DNA of 64,000 nt from Anaerolineales bacterium. Lineage in GTDB: Bacteria > Chloroflexota > Anaerolineae > Anaerolineales > Villigracilaceae. This document shows positions 46,145-55,526 of the stretch, piece after piece (the first letter of the stretch is position 1; every line of letters starts with the position of its first letter). The stretch covers positions 3,535-67,534 of the forward strand of contig DATMWA010000057.1 in the NCBI GenBank assembly GCA_035562755.1, written 5' to 3'. A program made the translations under genes and the position numbers. The notes beneath the pieces were generated by a model. It did no database searches, was not told where the DNA came from, and saw nothing but the letters and a program-made list of their open reading frames with translations.

Positions 46145-46220
46145 ACTACCAACCAACAAGAGGAAACACGCGCTCGAGGTCGTTGAAAAAGACAACCATC
46201 CACGGGCGCGTATTTTTAAT

Positions 46221-47261
46221 ATGAATGAAATCACAAGAAAAATTTTGAACTGGTACGCGGAAAACGCGCGTAGCATGCCTTGGCGAGACGTAAAGAACCC
46301 ATACAAGGTCTGGATTTCGGAAGTGATGCTGCAACAAACCAGAGTTGAAAGCGTAATACACTATTATTCGCGCTGGATGGAGCGTTTTCCAGACATCTTC
46401 AGCCTGGCAAACGCGGATTTGCAGGAGGTGTTAAAAGCCTGGGAAGGCTTGGGTTATTACTCCCGCGCCAGAAAATTGCATGAGGCTGCAAAGATACTTG
46501 TGGCTAAGCACGCCGGAAAATTTCCCGAAAATCTGGATGAATTGAGGGCACTACCGGGAATTGGGGCTTATACCGCGGCCGCGATCGCTTCCTTTGCATT
46601 CGATCAGGATACTTTTCCGGTGGATGGCAATATCAATCGGGTTTTTGCGCGCTTATTCGGAATTTCGAGCCTCCTCGGAACGAAAGAATTCGCCGCGGAA
46701 ATTGAAGGTTACCGCCAGCTGGTCTTTCCCAAAGGGAGATCTGCTGATTTCAATCAGGCATTGATGGATTTAGGCTCGGTGGTTTGCAAGCCAACCGCTC
46801 CAAATTGCTCGGCGTGTCCGGTAGCGTTAGACTGCTCCTCCAGGCAAAACCCAACCGGTTTGCCTTTGCGGACAGAAAAGAAGATCGTACCAACGGTTAA
46901 AAAAATCGGTGTGGTGCTGATCGTTGACGGAAAGGTTTGTTTATTTCGACGACCCGCTAACGGACTCCTGGGTGGCTTGTGGGAATTTCCAGCCGTAGAT
47001 GCTGAAAATATTTCACTCCATGATTCAATCAATGCCTTGTCCAGTCTGATCGGGGAAGAGTTTGAATTCAAGCGTAGAATTCTGGTGATCAGGCACGCGT
47101 ACACGCATTTCAAAGTAATCGAAGAAGTCTATCTGGGTGAGATTAAAAAAACTCCCCCTCAGGATACGCGAGGAGGAGTTTGGGTTGATTTGATGATGCT
47201 TGCTGACTTCCCAATGGGGAAAATCGATCGAACAATCGCAGATTGGATTTCAGCGCGTTAG
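46221..47261 (+). CDS. mutY: A/G-specific adenine DNA glycosylase MutY
   Basis: From ATG 46221: ILNWYAENARSMPWR, EVMLQQTRV, GLGYYSRARKLH, the 4Fe-4S cluster CKPTAPNCSACPVALDC, and a NUDIX-like C-domain. Confidence 0.9.
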   Translation: MNEITRKILNWYAENARSMPWRDVKNPYKVWISEVMLQQTRVESVIHYYSRWMERFPDIFSLANADLQEVLKAWEGLGYYSRARKLHEAAKILVAKHAGKFPENLDELRALPGIGAYTAAAIASFAFDQDTFPVDGNINRVFARLFGISSLLGTKEFAAEIEGYRQLVFPKGRSADFNQALMDLGSVVCKPTAPNCSACPVALDCSSRQNPTGLPLRTEKKIVPTVKKIGVVLIVDGKVCLFRRPANGLLGGLWEFPAVDAENISLHDSINALSSLIGEEFEFKRRILVIRHAYTHFKVIEEVYLGEIKKTPPQDTRGGVWVDLMMLADFPMGKIDRTIADWISAR

Positions 47262-48895
47262 ACTTTTGTCATGGTCACAAAAATCATCGGACGTTTGCGG
47301 GTCTCGTTGAAGACAAAGGTTTTTACGATGCTCACGATATCCTTTTCCATCTGAAAACCACCGGAGTGAATTACATCCACGACTCGTTTGCTTACTTTAG
47401 GAATAAAGGCTTTGGCTTCATCATCAGAAATAAAACCTCGTGTTAAAATTTCTGGCTCATCTAAAACCCGGTTGGTAAATTTATCAATTCCAAGGTTGAT
47501 GATCAGGATTCCAGAACGAGAAAGTGCCTCACGTTCCTTCTGAATCGTCCAATTCTGGTCGCCGATGCTGTCACCTTCGACCACGATGTAACCACCTGGA
47601 ATACGTTCACCCAGGGCAAGTTTCCCTTTTTCGTAAACAACCGTTTGCCCGTTTTCAATGACCTGGATGTTTTCTTTTGGAATGCCAAGTTCGTTGGCTG
47701 TTTGAGCATGTTTGATTAACTGACGAAGTTCTCCATGCATTGGGATAAAATATCGCGGTTTGACCAGGTTAATCATTAGTTTCTGTTCTTCCTGGCTGGC
47801 ATGACCGGAAACATGCACCTGGGCAAGACCGTCGTGTATCACGTCCGCGCCCATTCGAAGCATCCGGTTGATTGTGCGGCTAACCGCTTCCTCGTTTCCG
47901 GGAATCGGATGAGAACTGAGTACTACCGTATCGCCCTGTTTCAGGTCGAACTGCCGATTGGTACCAGCTGATAAGCGGCCGATGATCGAGGATGGCTCGC
48001 CCTGGGAACCGGTACACATGATTACGATTTTGTCGTCAGGTAATTTGAGAGCTTCCTCAATGGGGAGGATGGACTCATCCGGAATGATAAGATAACCGAG
48101 CTTGCGGGCAATTTTGGTATTATCCACCATGCTGGTGCCAACAAAAGTCACCTTACGTTCAAATTTAATCGCGGCGTCAGCCACCTGTTGAAGGCGGGAG
48201 ATGAGCGAGGCAAAGGTCGCTACGATTACCCTGCCGTGAGCATTTTGAATGACAGATTCAAAGGCAGGCGTAATGACTTGTTCACTTTGGGTCCAGCCTG
48301 GTCTCTCGGCGTTGGTTGAGTCACTGAGGAGGATATCAACCCCGCGTCGTGAAAATTCAGTTAATTTCGCGAAATCGGTGGTCCATCCATCAACGGGCGT
48401 GTGGTCGATTTTGAAATCGCCGGTGTGAACAACCAAACCAGCCGCGGTTGTAATTCCGATCCCAACCGCATCTGGGATGCTGTGGCTGACATGGAAAAAC
48501 TCGACTTTAAAAGGACCAATCTGAATTTCAGAATTGGCTTTTACCTTGCGCAGGTCCACCTTTCCGGCTAATCCGGAACGGGCTAATTTGACCTCAATCA
48601 AGCCGGCGGTTAATTCAGTGGCGAAAATAGGGGCAGGTACCTGCTTAATGACGTGCTGGATCGCGCCGATGTGATCTTCATGACCATGGGTGATGATAAT
48701 TCCATCGACTTTGTTCTCTTTACCGGTAAGGTAATCGAAATCGGGGATGATGTAATCAATCCCGATCATATCGTTTTCTGGAAACATTAAACCTGCATCC
48801 ACGATCAGAATACGACCGTTAAATTCATAGGCAAGCATATTCTTGCCAACTTCCCCGAATCCGCCCAGGGGAATGATCTTAAGTTGTTTTGACAT
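47258..48895 (-). CDS. rnj: Ribonuclease J
   Basis: Beta-CASP metallo-beta-lactamase with ITHGHEDHIG, 545 aa, RNase J-like N-terminus KIIPLGGFGEVGKNM. Converges on mutY with a 4-nt overlap. Confidence 0.9.
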   Translation of the reverse strand: MSKQLKIIPLGGFGEVGKNMLAYEFNGRILIVDAGLMFPENDMIGIDYIIPDFDYLTGKENKVDGIIITHGHEDHIGAIQHVIKQVPAPIFATELTAGLIEVKLARSGLAGKVDLRKVKANSEIQIGPFKVEFFHVSHSIPDAVGIGITTAAGLVVHTGDFKIDHTPVDGWTTDFAKLTEFSRRGVDILLSDSTNAERPGWTQSEQVITPAFESVIQNAHGRVIVATFASLISRLQQVADAAIKFERKVTFVGTSMVDNTKIARKLGYLIIPDESILPIEEALKLPDDKIVIMCTGSQGEPSSIIGRLSAGTNRQFDLKQGDTVVLSSHPIPGNEEAVSRTINRMLRMGADVIHDGLAQVHVSGHASQEEQKLMINLVKPRYFIPMHGELRQLIKHAQTANELGIPKENIQVIENGQTVVYEKGKLALGERIPGGYIVVEGDSIGDQNWTIQKEREALSRSGILIINLGIDKFTNRVLDEPEILTRGFISDDEAKAFIPKVSKRVVDVIHSGGFQMEKDIVSIVKTFVFNETRKRPMIFVTMTKV

Positions 48896-49141
48896 TAAAT
48901 TCTTTCTTACTCCTCATTAATAATTAGAGTGTGTTTTGGTATACCTAAAAACTGTCCAACGGACAGATAAGTTCAATCCAATCATTTTAGTATACCATAC
49001 GCAATGGCTCGGATTGGCAGGCTTGGATTTAAGCGCCGATGACTGTGTGATAAGCCGTTTTGAATGGACTTTGATGATGATCATTTTATTGGTTTTAGAA
49101 TTGATATAAAATAAAGAAACATTATTCAAAAGGATAAAGCC

Positions 49142-51514
49142 ATGGATTATGAAAAATTAGGAGTTTTTTACTTGGGCAAAAACGTTGATCCGAAAGATCA
49201 ACGTACATTAGAAGAACTGACTCTTTATGATTCCAAAGACTTGGTGACGCACGCTTTGGCGGTAGGTATGACCGGAAGTGGTAAAACAGGCTTGTGTGTC
49301 GGCATCATTGAGGAAGCCGCGATTGACGGTGTCCCTTCGATTGTTATCGATCCGAAGGGGGATCTGACTAACCTGTTGTTGACATTTCCGAACATGACCG
49401 CGGAGGATTTTCTGCCTTGGGTGAACAATGAGGAAGCCCGCAAGAAGGGAATGAGCCCGGTGGAATATGCCGCCAAACAAGCTCAAACCTGGAAAGATGG
49501 GTTGGCTTCCTGGGGTCAGGATCTTGAGCGGGTAAGGCGTTTTAAAGAAGCTGCGGATTTTGTAATTTATACCCCAGGCTCAACCGCTGGAATTCCAGTT
49601 TCAATTCTCAAAACGCTCTCAACTCCAGCGAAAGCAATCACCGGAGACGAGGAACTCTTTCAGGAGAAGATCAGCACAACCGTTTCAAGCTTACTGACTT
49701 TATTAAAGTTACCCTCTGATCCTCTCACAAGCCGGGAACATATCCTCCTTTCCAATATCCTGGATCAGCTATGGCGGGAAGGCAAGGATCTGGATGTTCC
49801 AATTTTAATCGGCGCAATTCAGAATCCGCCGGTGAAGAAGATCGGCGTTCTTGATCTCGATACATTCTATCCACAGAAAGAACGACTCGCTTTGGCGATG
49901 ATGTTTAACAATCTGATCGCGTCGCCTTCGTTTGGTACATGGCTGAATGGCGAGGCGCTGGATATCAACAAAATGCTTTTTACTGAAAAAGGCAAACCAC
50001 GGGTTTCAGTTTTCAGCATCGCTCACCTCAGTGACCCTGAAAGAATGTTTTTTGTGACCCTTTTGCTGGACCAGGTTTTAGCCTGGGCACGCTCCCAGAG
50101 CGGCACTACCAGCTTGCGCGCTCTCCTGTATATGGATGAAATCTATGGATACTTTCCCCCAGTTGAAAACCCACCCTCCAAAAAACCATTGATCAGCTTG
50201 CTTAAACAAGCGCGGGCGTTTGGCTTGGGATTGGTGTTGAGCACTCAAAACCCGGTTGACCTTGATTACAAAGGACTGAGCAATATTGGTACATGGTTTA
50301 TCGGTAGACTGCAAACTGAACGGGATAAGATGAAGATGATCGAAGGGCTTGAAAGCGCTTCTCAGTCATCTTCTTTCAATCGAGCCTTGTTCGACCGCCT
50401 GATTTCCGATCTTGGAAAGCGGGTTTTCCTGATGAATAACGTTCATGAGGATGAACCGGTTCTCTTTCAAACCCGCTGGGTTTTATCCTACCTGGCTGGT
50501 CCACTGACCCGGGATCAGATTAAACAATTGATGGGCGGGAGAGGACAACAGGTAAAAGAAGCGATAGAAAGCGCCAACCCGCCGAAGAGCCGCGCAAGTG
50601 TCGCGGGTGAACAAATTGAAAGCGCGCCTATCATACCCGCGACTATTCAGCAACTTTATTACGACCGAGAAGCCGCCAGGGGAGAAGTAGTTTATCGACC
50701 TTTGCTGGTTGGAAACGCCAGCGTTAAATTTTCCCACACCAAATCTCGCCATATCTCCTCAAAGGAATATTGGCTTACGCTTGATGTCGACCCTGATTCC
50801 ATCCGATTGGATTGGGCTGACGCGGAAGAAAAGGATTTTGACCAAAGAGATTTTGGGAAAAAACCAATTGATGGCGCAAAATTCCTTGAACCTAATTCAG
50901 AGATTGTTAAAGAAAAGAATTATAAAAATTGGAACGCAAGCCTGATTGATCACCTTTATCAAAACGCTACCCAGACTGTTTATTACGATCCGGTGTCCAA
51001 AGCCTATTCAAGCGAGGACGAAAGCGAGCAGGATTTTAGAGCTCGAAACCGACAACTCCGTCGGGAAGAACGGGATGAGGCAGTGGAAGCGATGCGGGAA
51101 AAGTACGCCGCAAAGATCCGAAGCGCACAGGAAAAAGTTCGTAAAGCCCAATTGGCTGTGGATCGGGAAAAAGAGCAGGCTAATCAATCCAAAATGCAAA
51201 CCGCGGTTTCGTTTGGAACAACATTATTAGGCGCTTTTACCGGAAAGTTGATCAGTTCTACAAATATTTCAAGGGCTGGCACTGCTTTAAAGGGCGTGAC
51301 CCGTTCGATGCAGCAATCCGGTGACATTGACCGGGCTGAGGATACCCTTGAAACTTATAAAGCGTCTCTTCAGGACTTGGAAATGGAGCTGGAATCAGAA
51401 ATCGCGAACATGGAGGATTTGAGCGCGGATTTTGAGATAGAAGAGATTATGATTCGCCCCAAGAAATCAGACATCGATGTGCATGTATTAGGCATCCTTT
51501 GGATGGCGGAATAG
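49142..51514 (+). CDS. HerA/FtsK-superfamily (COG0433 / YjgR-DUF853-like) P-loop ATPase with a C-terminal extension of about 300 aa containing a coiled coil
   Basis: Walker A GMTGSGKTG, Walker B RALLYMDEIYGYF, and STQNPVDLDYKGLSNIGTWFIGRLQ. The C-terminus carries the charged heptad-like run RARNRQLRREERDEAVEAMREKYAAKIRSAQEKVRKAQLAVDREKEQ and the hydrophobic patch VSFGTTLLGAFTG. Confidence 0.7.
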   Translation: MDYEKLGVFYLGKNVDPKDQRTLEELTLYDSKDLVTHALAVGMTGSGKTGLCVGIIEEAAIDGVPSIVIDPKGDLTNLLLTFPNMTAEDFLPWVNNEEARKKGMSPVEYAAKQAQTWKDGLASWGQDLERVRRFKEAADFVIYTPGSTAGIPVSILKTLSTPAKAITGDEELFQEKISTTVSSLLTLLKLPSDPLTSREHILLSNILDQLWREGKDLDVPILIGAIQNPPVKKIGVLDLDTFYPQKERLALAMMFNNLIASPSFGTWLNGEALDINKMLFTEKGKPRVSVFSIAHLSDPERMFFVTLLLDQVLAWARSQSGTTSLRALLYMDEIYGYFPPVENPPSKKPLISLLKQARAFGLGLVLSTQNPVDLDYKGLSNIGTWFIGRLQTERDKMKMIEGLESASQSSSFNRALFDRLISDLGKRVFLMNNVHEDEPVLFQTRWVLSYLAGPLTRDQIKQLMGGRGQQVKEAIESANPPKSRASVAGEQIESAPIIPATIQQLYYDREAARGEVVYRPLLVGNASVKFSHTKSRHISSKEYWLTLDVDPDSIRLDWADAEEKDFDQRDFGKKPIDGAKFLEPNSEIVKEKNYKNWNASLIDHLYQNATQTVYYDPVSKAYSSEDESEQDFRARNRQLRREERDEAVEAMREKYAAKIRSAQEKVRKAQLAVDREKEQANQSKMQTAVSFGTTLLGAFTGKLISSTNISRAGTALKGVTRSMQQSGDIDRAEDTLETYKASLQDLEMELESEIANMEDLSADFEIEEIMIRPKKSDIDVHVLGILWMAE

Positions 51515-51546
51515 CAGGATCAAATTGAAACTGGAAAACCGAGCCA

Positions 51547-52446
51547 ATGAAAATTAAGATAATCCACAATCCATACTCAAATCGTTGGAATTCCGCCAAA
51601 AGATGGCCTGAAGTGGAAGCCTTGTTGAGGGAGGCTGAAATTGATTTTGATGTTGTTCACTCCGCTGACCCGGCTTCGTTGTATGAATTGGCTCGTTTGG
51701 CGGCGATCGATGGATATGACCAGGTTGTTGCCGCCGGCGGCGATGGCACAATCGGTACCATTGTGAACGCGATCACTCATACTGTTGGCGTGGAAAAATT
51801 ACCAACTTTTGGGTTGCTGCCAATGGGTACAGGCAATGATTTCGCCTACGCGATGGGTATTTCCACCGATTTAAAGGCGGCTGTTTCAGCCCTCAAAAAC
51901 GGTAGAACCCGCCAAATTGATCTTGGGAAAGTAAATGACATCTACTTCATCAACAACTGCGGTTTGGGCATAGAACCCTATGTAACGGTGATTCAAAACA
52001 AAATCACCTGGATTAAAGGAATGATCCGTTATTTGGTCGCGGCGGTTAACGCGATCATGGATAAACCGGTTTGGTCCGGGGAACTGGTGTGGAATGGCGG
52101 CAGCTACAAAGGACCGCTCTCTTTGACTTATGTTGGAAATGGATGCAGGACGGGTGGAATGTTCTACATGGGATTGAATAGCGTAGTTGATGATGGAAAG
52201 TTGACCATTGTATATGGATACAAACCTAATCGGCGAAGTATGTTTGCTATATTACCGAAGACGATGATGTTAGGTGAAAAAAATTATGTCACCGACCCGA
52301 ACATCCATGAAGTTTTCACAGATCAGCTTTCCATTAAATTGGAAAATCCGAGCCCGATGCACACCGATGGTGAGGTGGCTAAAGATTTTGTTAGTGAAGC
52401 GACTTTTTCAATTTTTCCGGGGGCAGTGAGGTTTTTAGTGCCTTGA
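51547..52446 (+). CDS. Diacylglycerol kinase-family lipid kinase (YegS/BmrU-like)
   Basis: DAGK catalytic-domain motifs VVAAGGDGTIGTIVN and LPMGTGNDFA. Confidence 0.85.
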   Translation: MKIKIIHNPYSNRWNSAKRWPEVEALLREAEIDFDVVHSADPASLYELARLAAIDGYDQVVAAGGDGTIGTIVNAITHTVGVEKLPTFGLLPMGTGNDFAYAMGISTDLKAAVSALKNGRTRQIDLGKVNDIYFINNCGLGIEPYVTVIQNKITWIKGMIRYLVAAVNAIMDKPVWSGELVWNGGSYKGPLSLTYVGNGCRTGGMFYMGLNSVVDDGKLTIVYGYKPNRRSMFAILPKTMMLGEKNYVTDPNIHEVFTDQLSIKLENPSPMHTDGEVAKDFVSEATFSIFPGAVRFLVP

Positions 52447-52447
52447 T

Positions 52448-53005
52448 ATGCTGACATTTGAACCTTTAACGATTGGAAACTGGGAAAAATTTGTTGACCT
52501 TTTTGGCGAACGTGGAGCGTGCGGCGGTTGTTGGTGCACGCATTGGAAAATGAACCCAAAACAGTTCAGAGAATCCTGCGGAGCGACAGCATATGAATTT
52601 CAGAAAATGACGGTCGCTTCTGGTATCGTCCCGGGATTGCTGGCGTTTGAAAACAATCAAGCGGTGGGATGGATTGCTGTTGAACCGAGGAGTCAATATC
52701 CGCGAATGGAGAAGGCGCGCAGCACCAAATCAGCGGATAATCAGGAGGTCTGGTCGATATCTTGTTTTTTTACCAGGAAGAGTCATCGACGGCGGGGTGT
52801 TTCAACCGAGCTATTAAAATACACCGTGGAATACGCGCGCTCGAAAGGCGCGAAGATTCTGGAAGGATATCCCACTGATACAAAACTAAGGAATTTTCCG
52901 GACGCGTTCGTCTACACAGGTTTGAGCGAAACTTATCAGTCTGTGGGTTTTACAGAAGTTAAACGCAATACTCCTACCCGCCCAGTTTTCAGGCTGATGC
53001 TATGA
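52448..53005 (+). CDS. GNAT family N-acetyltransferase
   Basis: The acetyl-CoA motif RRRGVSTELLKYTVEYARSKGA and the Cys-rich N-terminal patch GACGGCWCTHWK. Starts 1 nt after the kinase stop. Confidence 0.8.
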   Translation: MLTFEPLTIGNWEKFVDLFGERGACGGCWCTHWKMNPKQFRESCGATAYEFQKMTVASGIVPGLLAFENNQAVGWIAVEPRSQYPRMEKARSTKSADNQEVWSISCFFTRKSHRRRGVSTELLKYTVEYARSKGAKILEGYPTDTKLRNFPDAFVYTGLSETYQSVGFTEVKRNTPTRPVFRLML

Positions 53006-54228
53006 GTTTGGTAAAGGACCCAAAATCAGACCGCAGGTTTTTGCTTTACTTCGCGCTGGGAGTGATTTTGGCAGGGTTAACCTACCTTAATCTGTTGGTG
53101 ATTCGTCCCATCTCAAGCATGAGTGATTTTGCGGTTGAATGGAGCTCGGCAAGGGGGTTTTTGGTATCTGGGCAAAACCCATATGGAAAACAGGCATTTG
53201 ACTCGGCGAATGATTTAATCACCAAATCCGCCGATCCAGGTATGATTTCATACCACGATCCTTTTTACCGTACAATCCTCCAATTTCCCCTCGCGGCAAT
53301 TCCCGATTTTGATTGGGCGGCGGCGGTTCGGATGAGTTTGTTGGAAGTGGCAGCTGTAATTGTTATGGCTGTGGTTTATTTTTCGATACCCTGGCAATCG
53401 GAAAAAAAATATTTGACTTTCCTGATCTTAATTCTTTTCGCCTGGCCGCCATTGTGGTTGAGTATTGCCACAGGTGAAAGCACTATCCTGATCTTGATGT
53501 GGATCGGCCTGAGCTATTGGGCTTTAAGAAACGAACTGCCGGAAATTGGCGGGGTGACGCTTGCTTTTGGATTTACAAATCATGAGATCTTTGGCCTCGC
53601 CTTGATTTCGATCTTGTTATGGGTGATTAATCGCAAGGAATGGCGGTATTTGGCGGGCTTTTTAATGACCTTTGGCTTGCTTTTGGCATTGGCGCACATT
53701 TTCAATCCGGAATGGTATCTGGGTTACCTGGGCAGCCAGATTCGCTTTTGGCAAAATGGCGATCTTATCACTACTTCCAGGATATTTGAAGGTAGTTTGC
53801 CGGCGACTGGACTTACCATATCCAGAATTCTTTCCGTAATAATCCTCGCTCTGATCCTCTTCGAATGGCAAACCATTGCCAGGAGAGATAAAAACGCTTT
53901 TCTGTGGATTATTGGCTTGGCACTCGCTGCCCCCGCCATTTTGGGTATTGGAAGCAAATTGAGCTGGTTGTCTGTCAATCTGGTAGGAATTTATTTGATC
54001 GTTGCCAGAATCGCCAATCGCTGGAAGTCTTCCGGTTTTTGGTTGGTGATTTTCTTTCTTGCGCTGATTGAATTGTTTACCGCCTTTAATATGGCTTGGT
54101 TCGAAAATGGCAGCGGTTTATTGGTACTATCGGCTTTAATGGTTATTCTGCTTTACTGGGTAAGATGGGATTCTACCCGCACGACCCGTTTATGGGCTGA
54201 CATACTGGAAGAAAAGGGACTTCAATAA
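53002..54228 (+). CDS. Polytopic membrane protein, possibly a GT-C type glycosyltransferase (DUF2029/GT87-like)
   Basis: 408 aa with about 10 to 12 TM helices. The start overlaps the GNAT stop (ATGA). The family call is tentative. Confidence 0.45.
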   Translation: MSLVKDPKSDRRFLLYFALGVILAGLTYLNLLVIRPISSMSDFAVEWSSARGFLVSGQNPYGKQAFDSANDLITKSADPGMISYHDPFYRTILQFPLAAIPDFDWAAAVRMSLLEVAAVIVMAVVYFSIPWQSEKKYLTFLILILFAWPPLWLSIATGESTILILMWIGLSYWALRNELPEIGGVTLAFGFTNHEIFGLALISILLWVINRKEWRYLAGFLMTFGLLLALAHIFNPEWYLGYLGSQIRFWQNGDLITTSRIFEGSLPATGLTISRILSVIILALILFEWQTIARRDKNAFLWIIGLALAAPAILGIGSKLSWLSVNLVGIYLIVARIANRWKSSGFWLVIFFLALIELFTAFNMAWFENGSGLLVLSALMVILLYWVRWDSTRTTRLWADILEEKGLQ

Positions 54229-54450
54229 TTCAAATTGTATTGGTTGAATGATTCCACCCCTGACATATAATAAATAAGGAACAAAGTTAAGCGAATCAAA
54301 AACCGCTCCGAGCGTGAACAAGTTTTCCGGATGGTAGCTGAAGGAAATTTGAAAGCCTTTTGAAACGTTTCGAGGTGGGAAATTTGGATATATTGGATTG
54401 ACAGATTCCCCCGATGATTCGCTACCTAATTTTCAACTTGTAAAAGGTCA

Positions 54451-55485
54451 TTGCGGATGGTTCACGAAAAACTGGTTAAATTCATCGAAGGGGAAATCGA
54501 ACGAATTGAAAAGGAATTTCTGGCAATTTCAGTTGAAATAAGTTCGGCGACTGAAGTAATGGGCAATTTGCTCAGTGAACAATCCAAATTAAGAAAAGCG
54601 GTTTCCAACTCGATAGATCAGGTTGAAATTTCCAATTTTCTGAACTTGGCGGATGAGATACAGGAAAATCAGGCACGATTGCTTGAGATGCACGCGGAAA
54701 AACAATATATGGGTCATTATCACGCTAATTTATTAAAGATGCTTGATATTCAAGCGGAAGCCAAGTCGATGTTTTCCCGCCTGGATGGTTCGAAGGCGGT
54801 AAAAAATCTTCCGATGGAAGAATTGAATTTAATCATGGCTGCTCAGGAAGAAGAGCGCGGTCGGATTTCACGTCAGATTCATGATGGACCAGCTCAGACT
54901 GTGGCAAATATGGTACTTTCGATTGATTTAGCCGCTAAATATATCGACAAGGAGCCCACAGCCGCGAAAAAGGAGTTAAAACGTCTCAAGGAAACCGCCA
55001 TGTCGACCTTGAAGGACATCCGTTCATTCATTTTTGAACTTCGTCCGATGATGTTGGATGATTTGGGTTTGCTGCCAACCTTAACCCATTATGTGGAATT
55101 GCTAAAGCAGCGTAACAAAGCCAATATACGACTAACCACCAGAGGAAGCAATCTCCGATATCGTCAGGAAATAGAAGACTTGGTTTTTAGAATGTTACAG
55201 GAATTACTGACGGGTTCGGTAGGGCAACTGGCGGGAGGTGTTTTGTTTTTAGAAGTCGGTTGTTATCCAACCCGGATTGAGATCAATATAAAAGGCTCTG
55301 TTATCCGAATTGGAACAAATTTGAAGGAAGAAAAGGAACATTTTAGCCTGAGGATCATCCGTGCGCAAATCGACGCGGCCGGTGGGCTATTCCAATCTGA
55401 AAATGACGGGAAATCTGGTTCGGAACTGAAAATATTGCTACCAATTAATAAAAATGATGTCGTTGAATCCGATAAATTGCTATAA
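54451..55485 (+). CDS. Cytoplasmic DegS/NarL-class (HisKA_3) histidine kinase with a degenerate ATP-binding domain
   Basis: Coiled-coil N-terminal half and an intact H-box EEERGRISRQIHDGPAQ...FELRPMMLDDLGL. The N, G1 and G2 boxes are not recognisable (QELLTGSVGQLAG; IKGSVIRIG). The start may be ATG 54457 rather than TTG 54451. Confidence 0.75.
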   Translation: MRMVHEKLVKFIEGEIERIEKEFLAISVEISSATEVMGNLLSEQSKLRKAVSNSIDQVEISNFLNLADEIQENQARLLEMHAEKQYMGHYHANLLKMLDIQAEAKSMFSRLDGSKAVKNLPMEELNLIMAAQEEERGRISRQIHDGPAQTVANMVLSIDLAAKYIDKEPTAAKKELKRLKETAMSTLKDIRSFIFELRPMMLDDLGLLPTLTHYVELLKQRNKANIRLTTRGSNLRYRQEIEDLVFRMLQELLTGSVGQLAGGVLFLEVGCYPTRIEINIKGSVIRIGTNLKEEKEHFSLRIIRAQIDAAGGLFQSENDGKSGSELKILLPINKNDVVESDKLL

Positions 55486-55526
55486 AATATTATTATTAGG
55501 TTTTTAATGAATTTCGGAGGTGTTAG

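Noticed and set aside
48917-49129. 70-aa minus ORF in the rnj / ATPase divergent intergenic region
   Set aside because: It lies in an AT-rich promoter region, has no RBS, and has an implausible composition. It is probably non-coding leader or promoter DNA.
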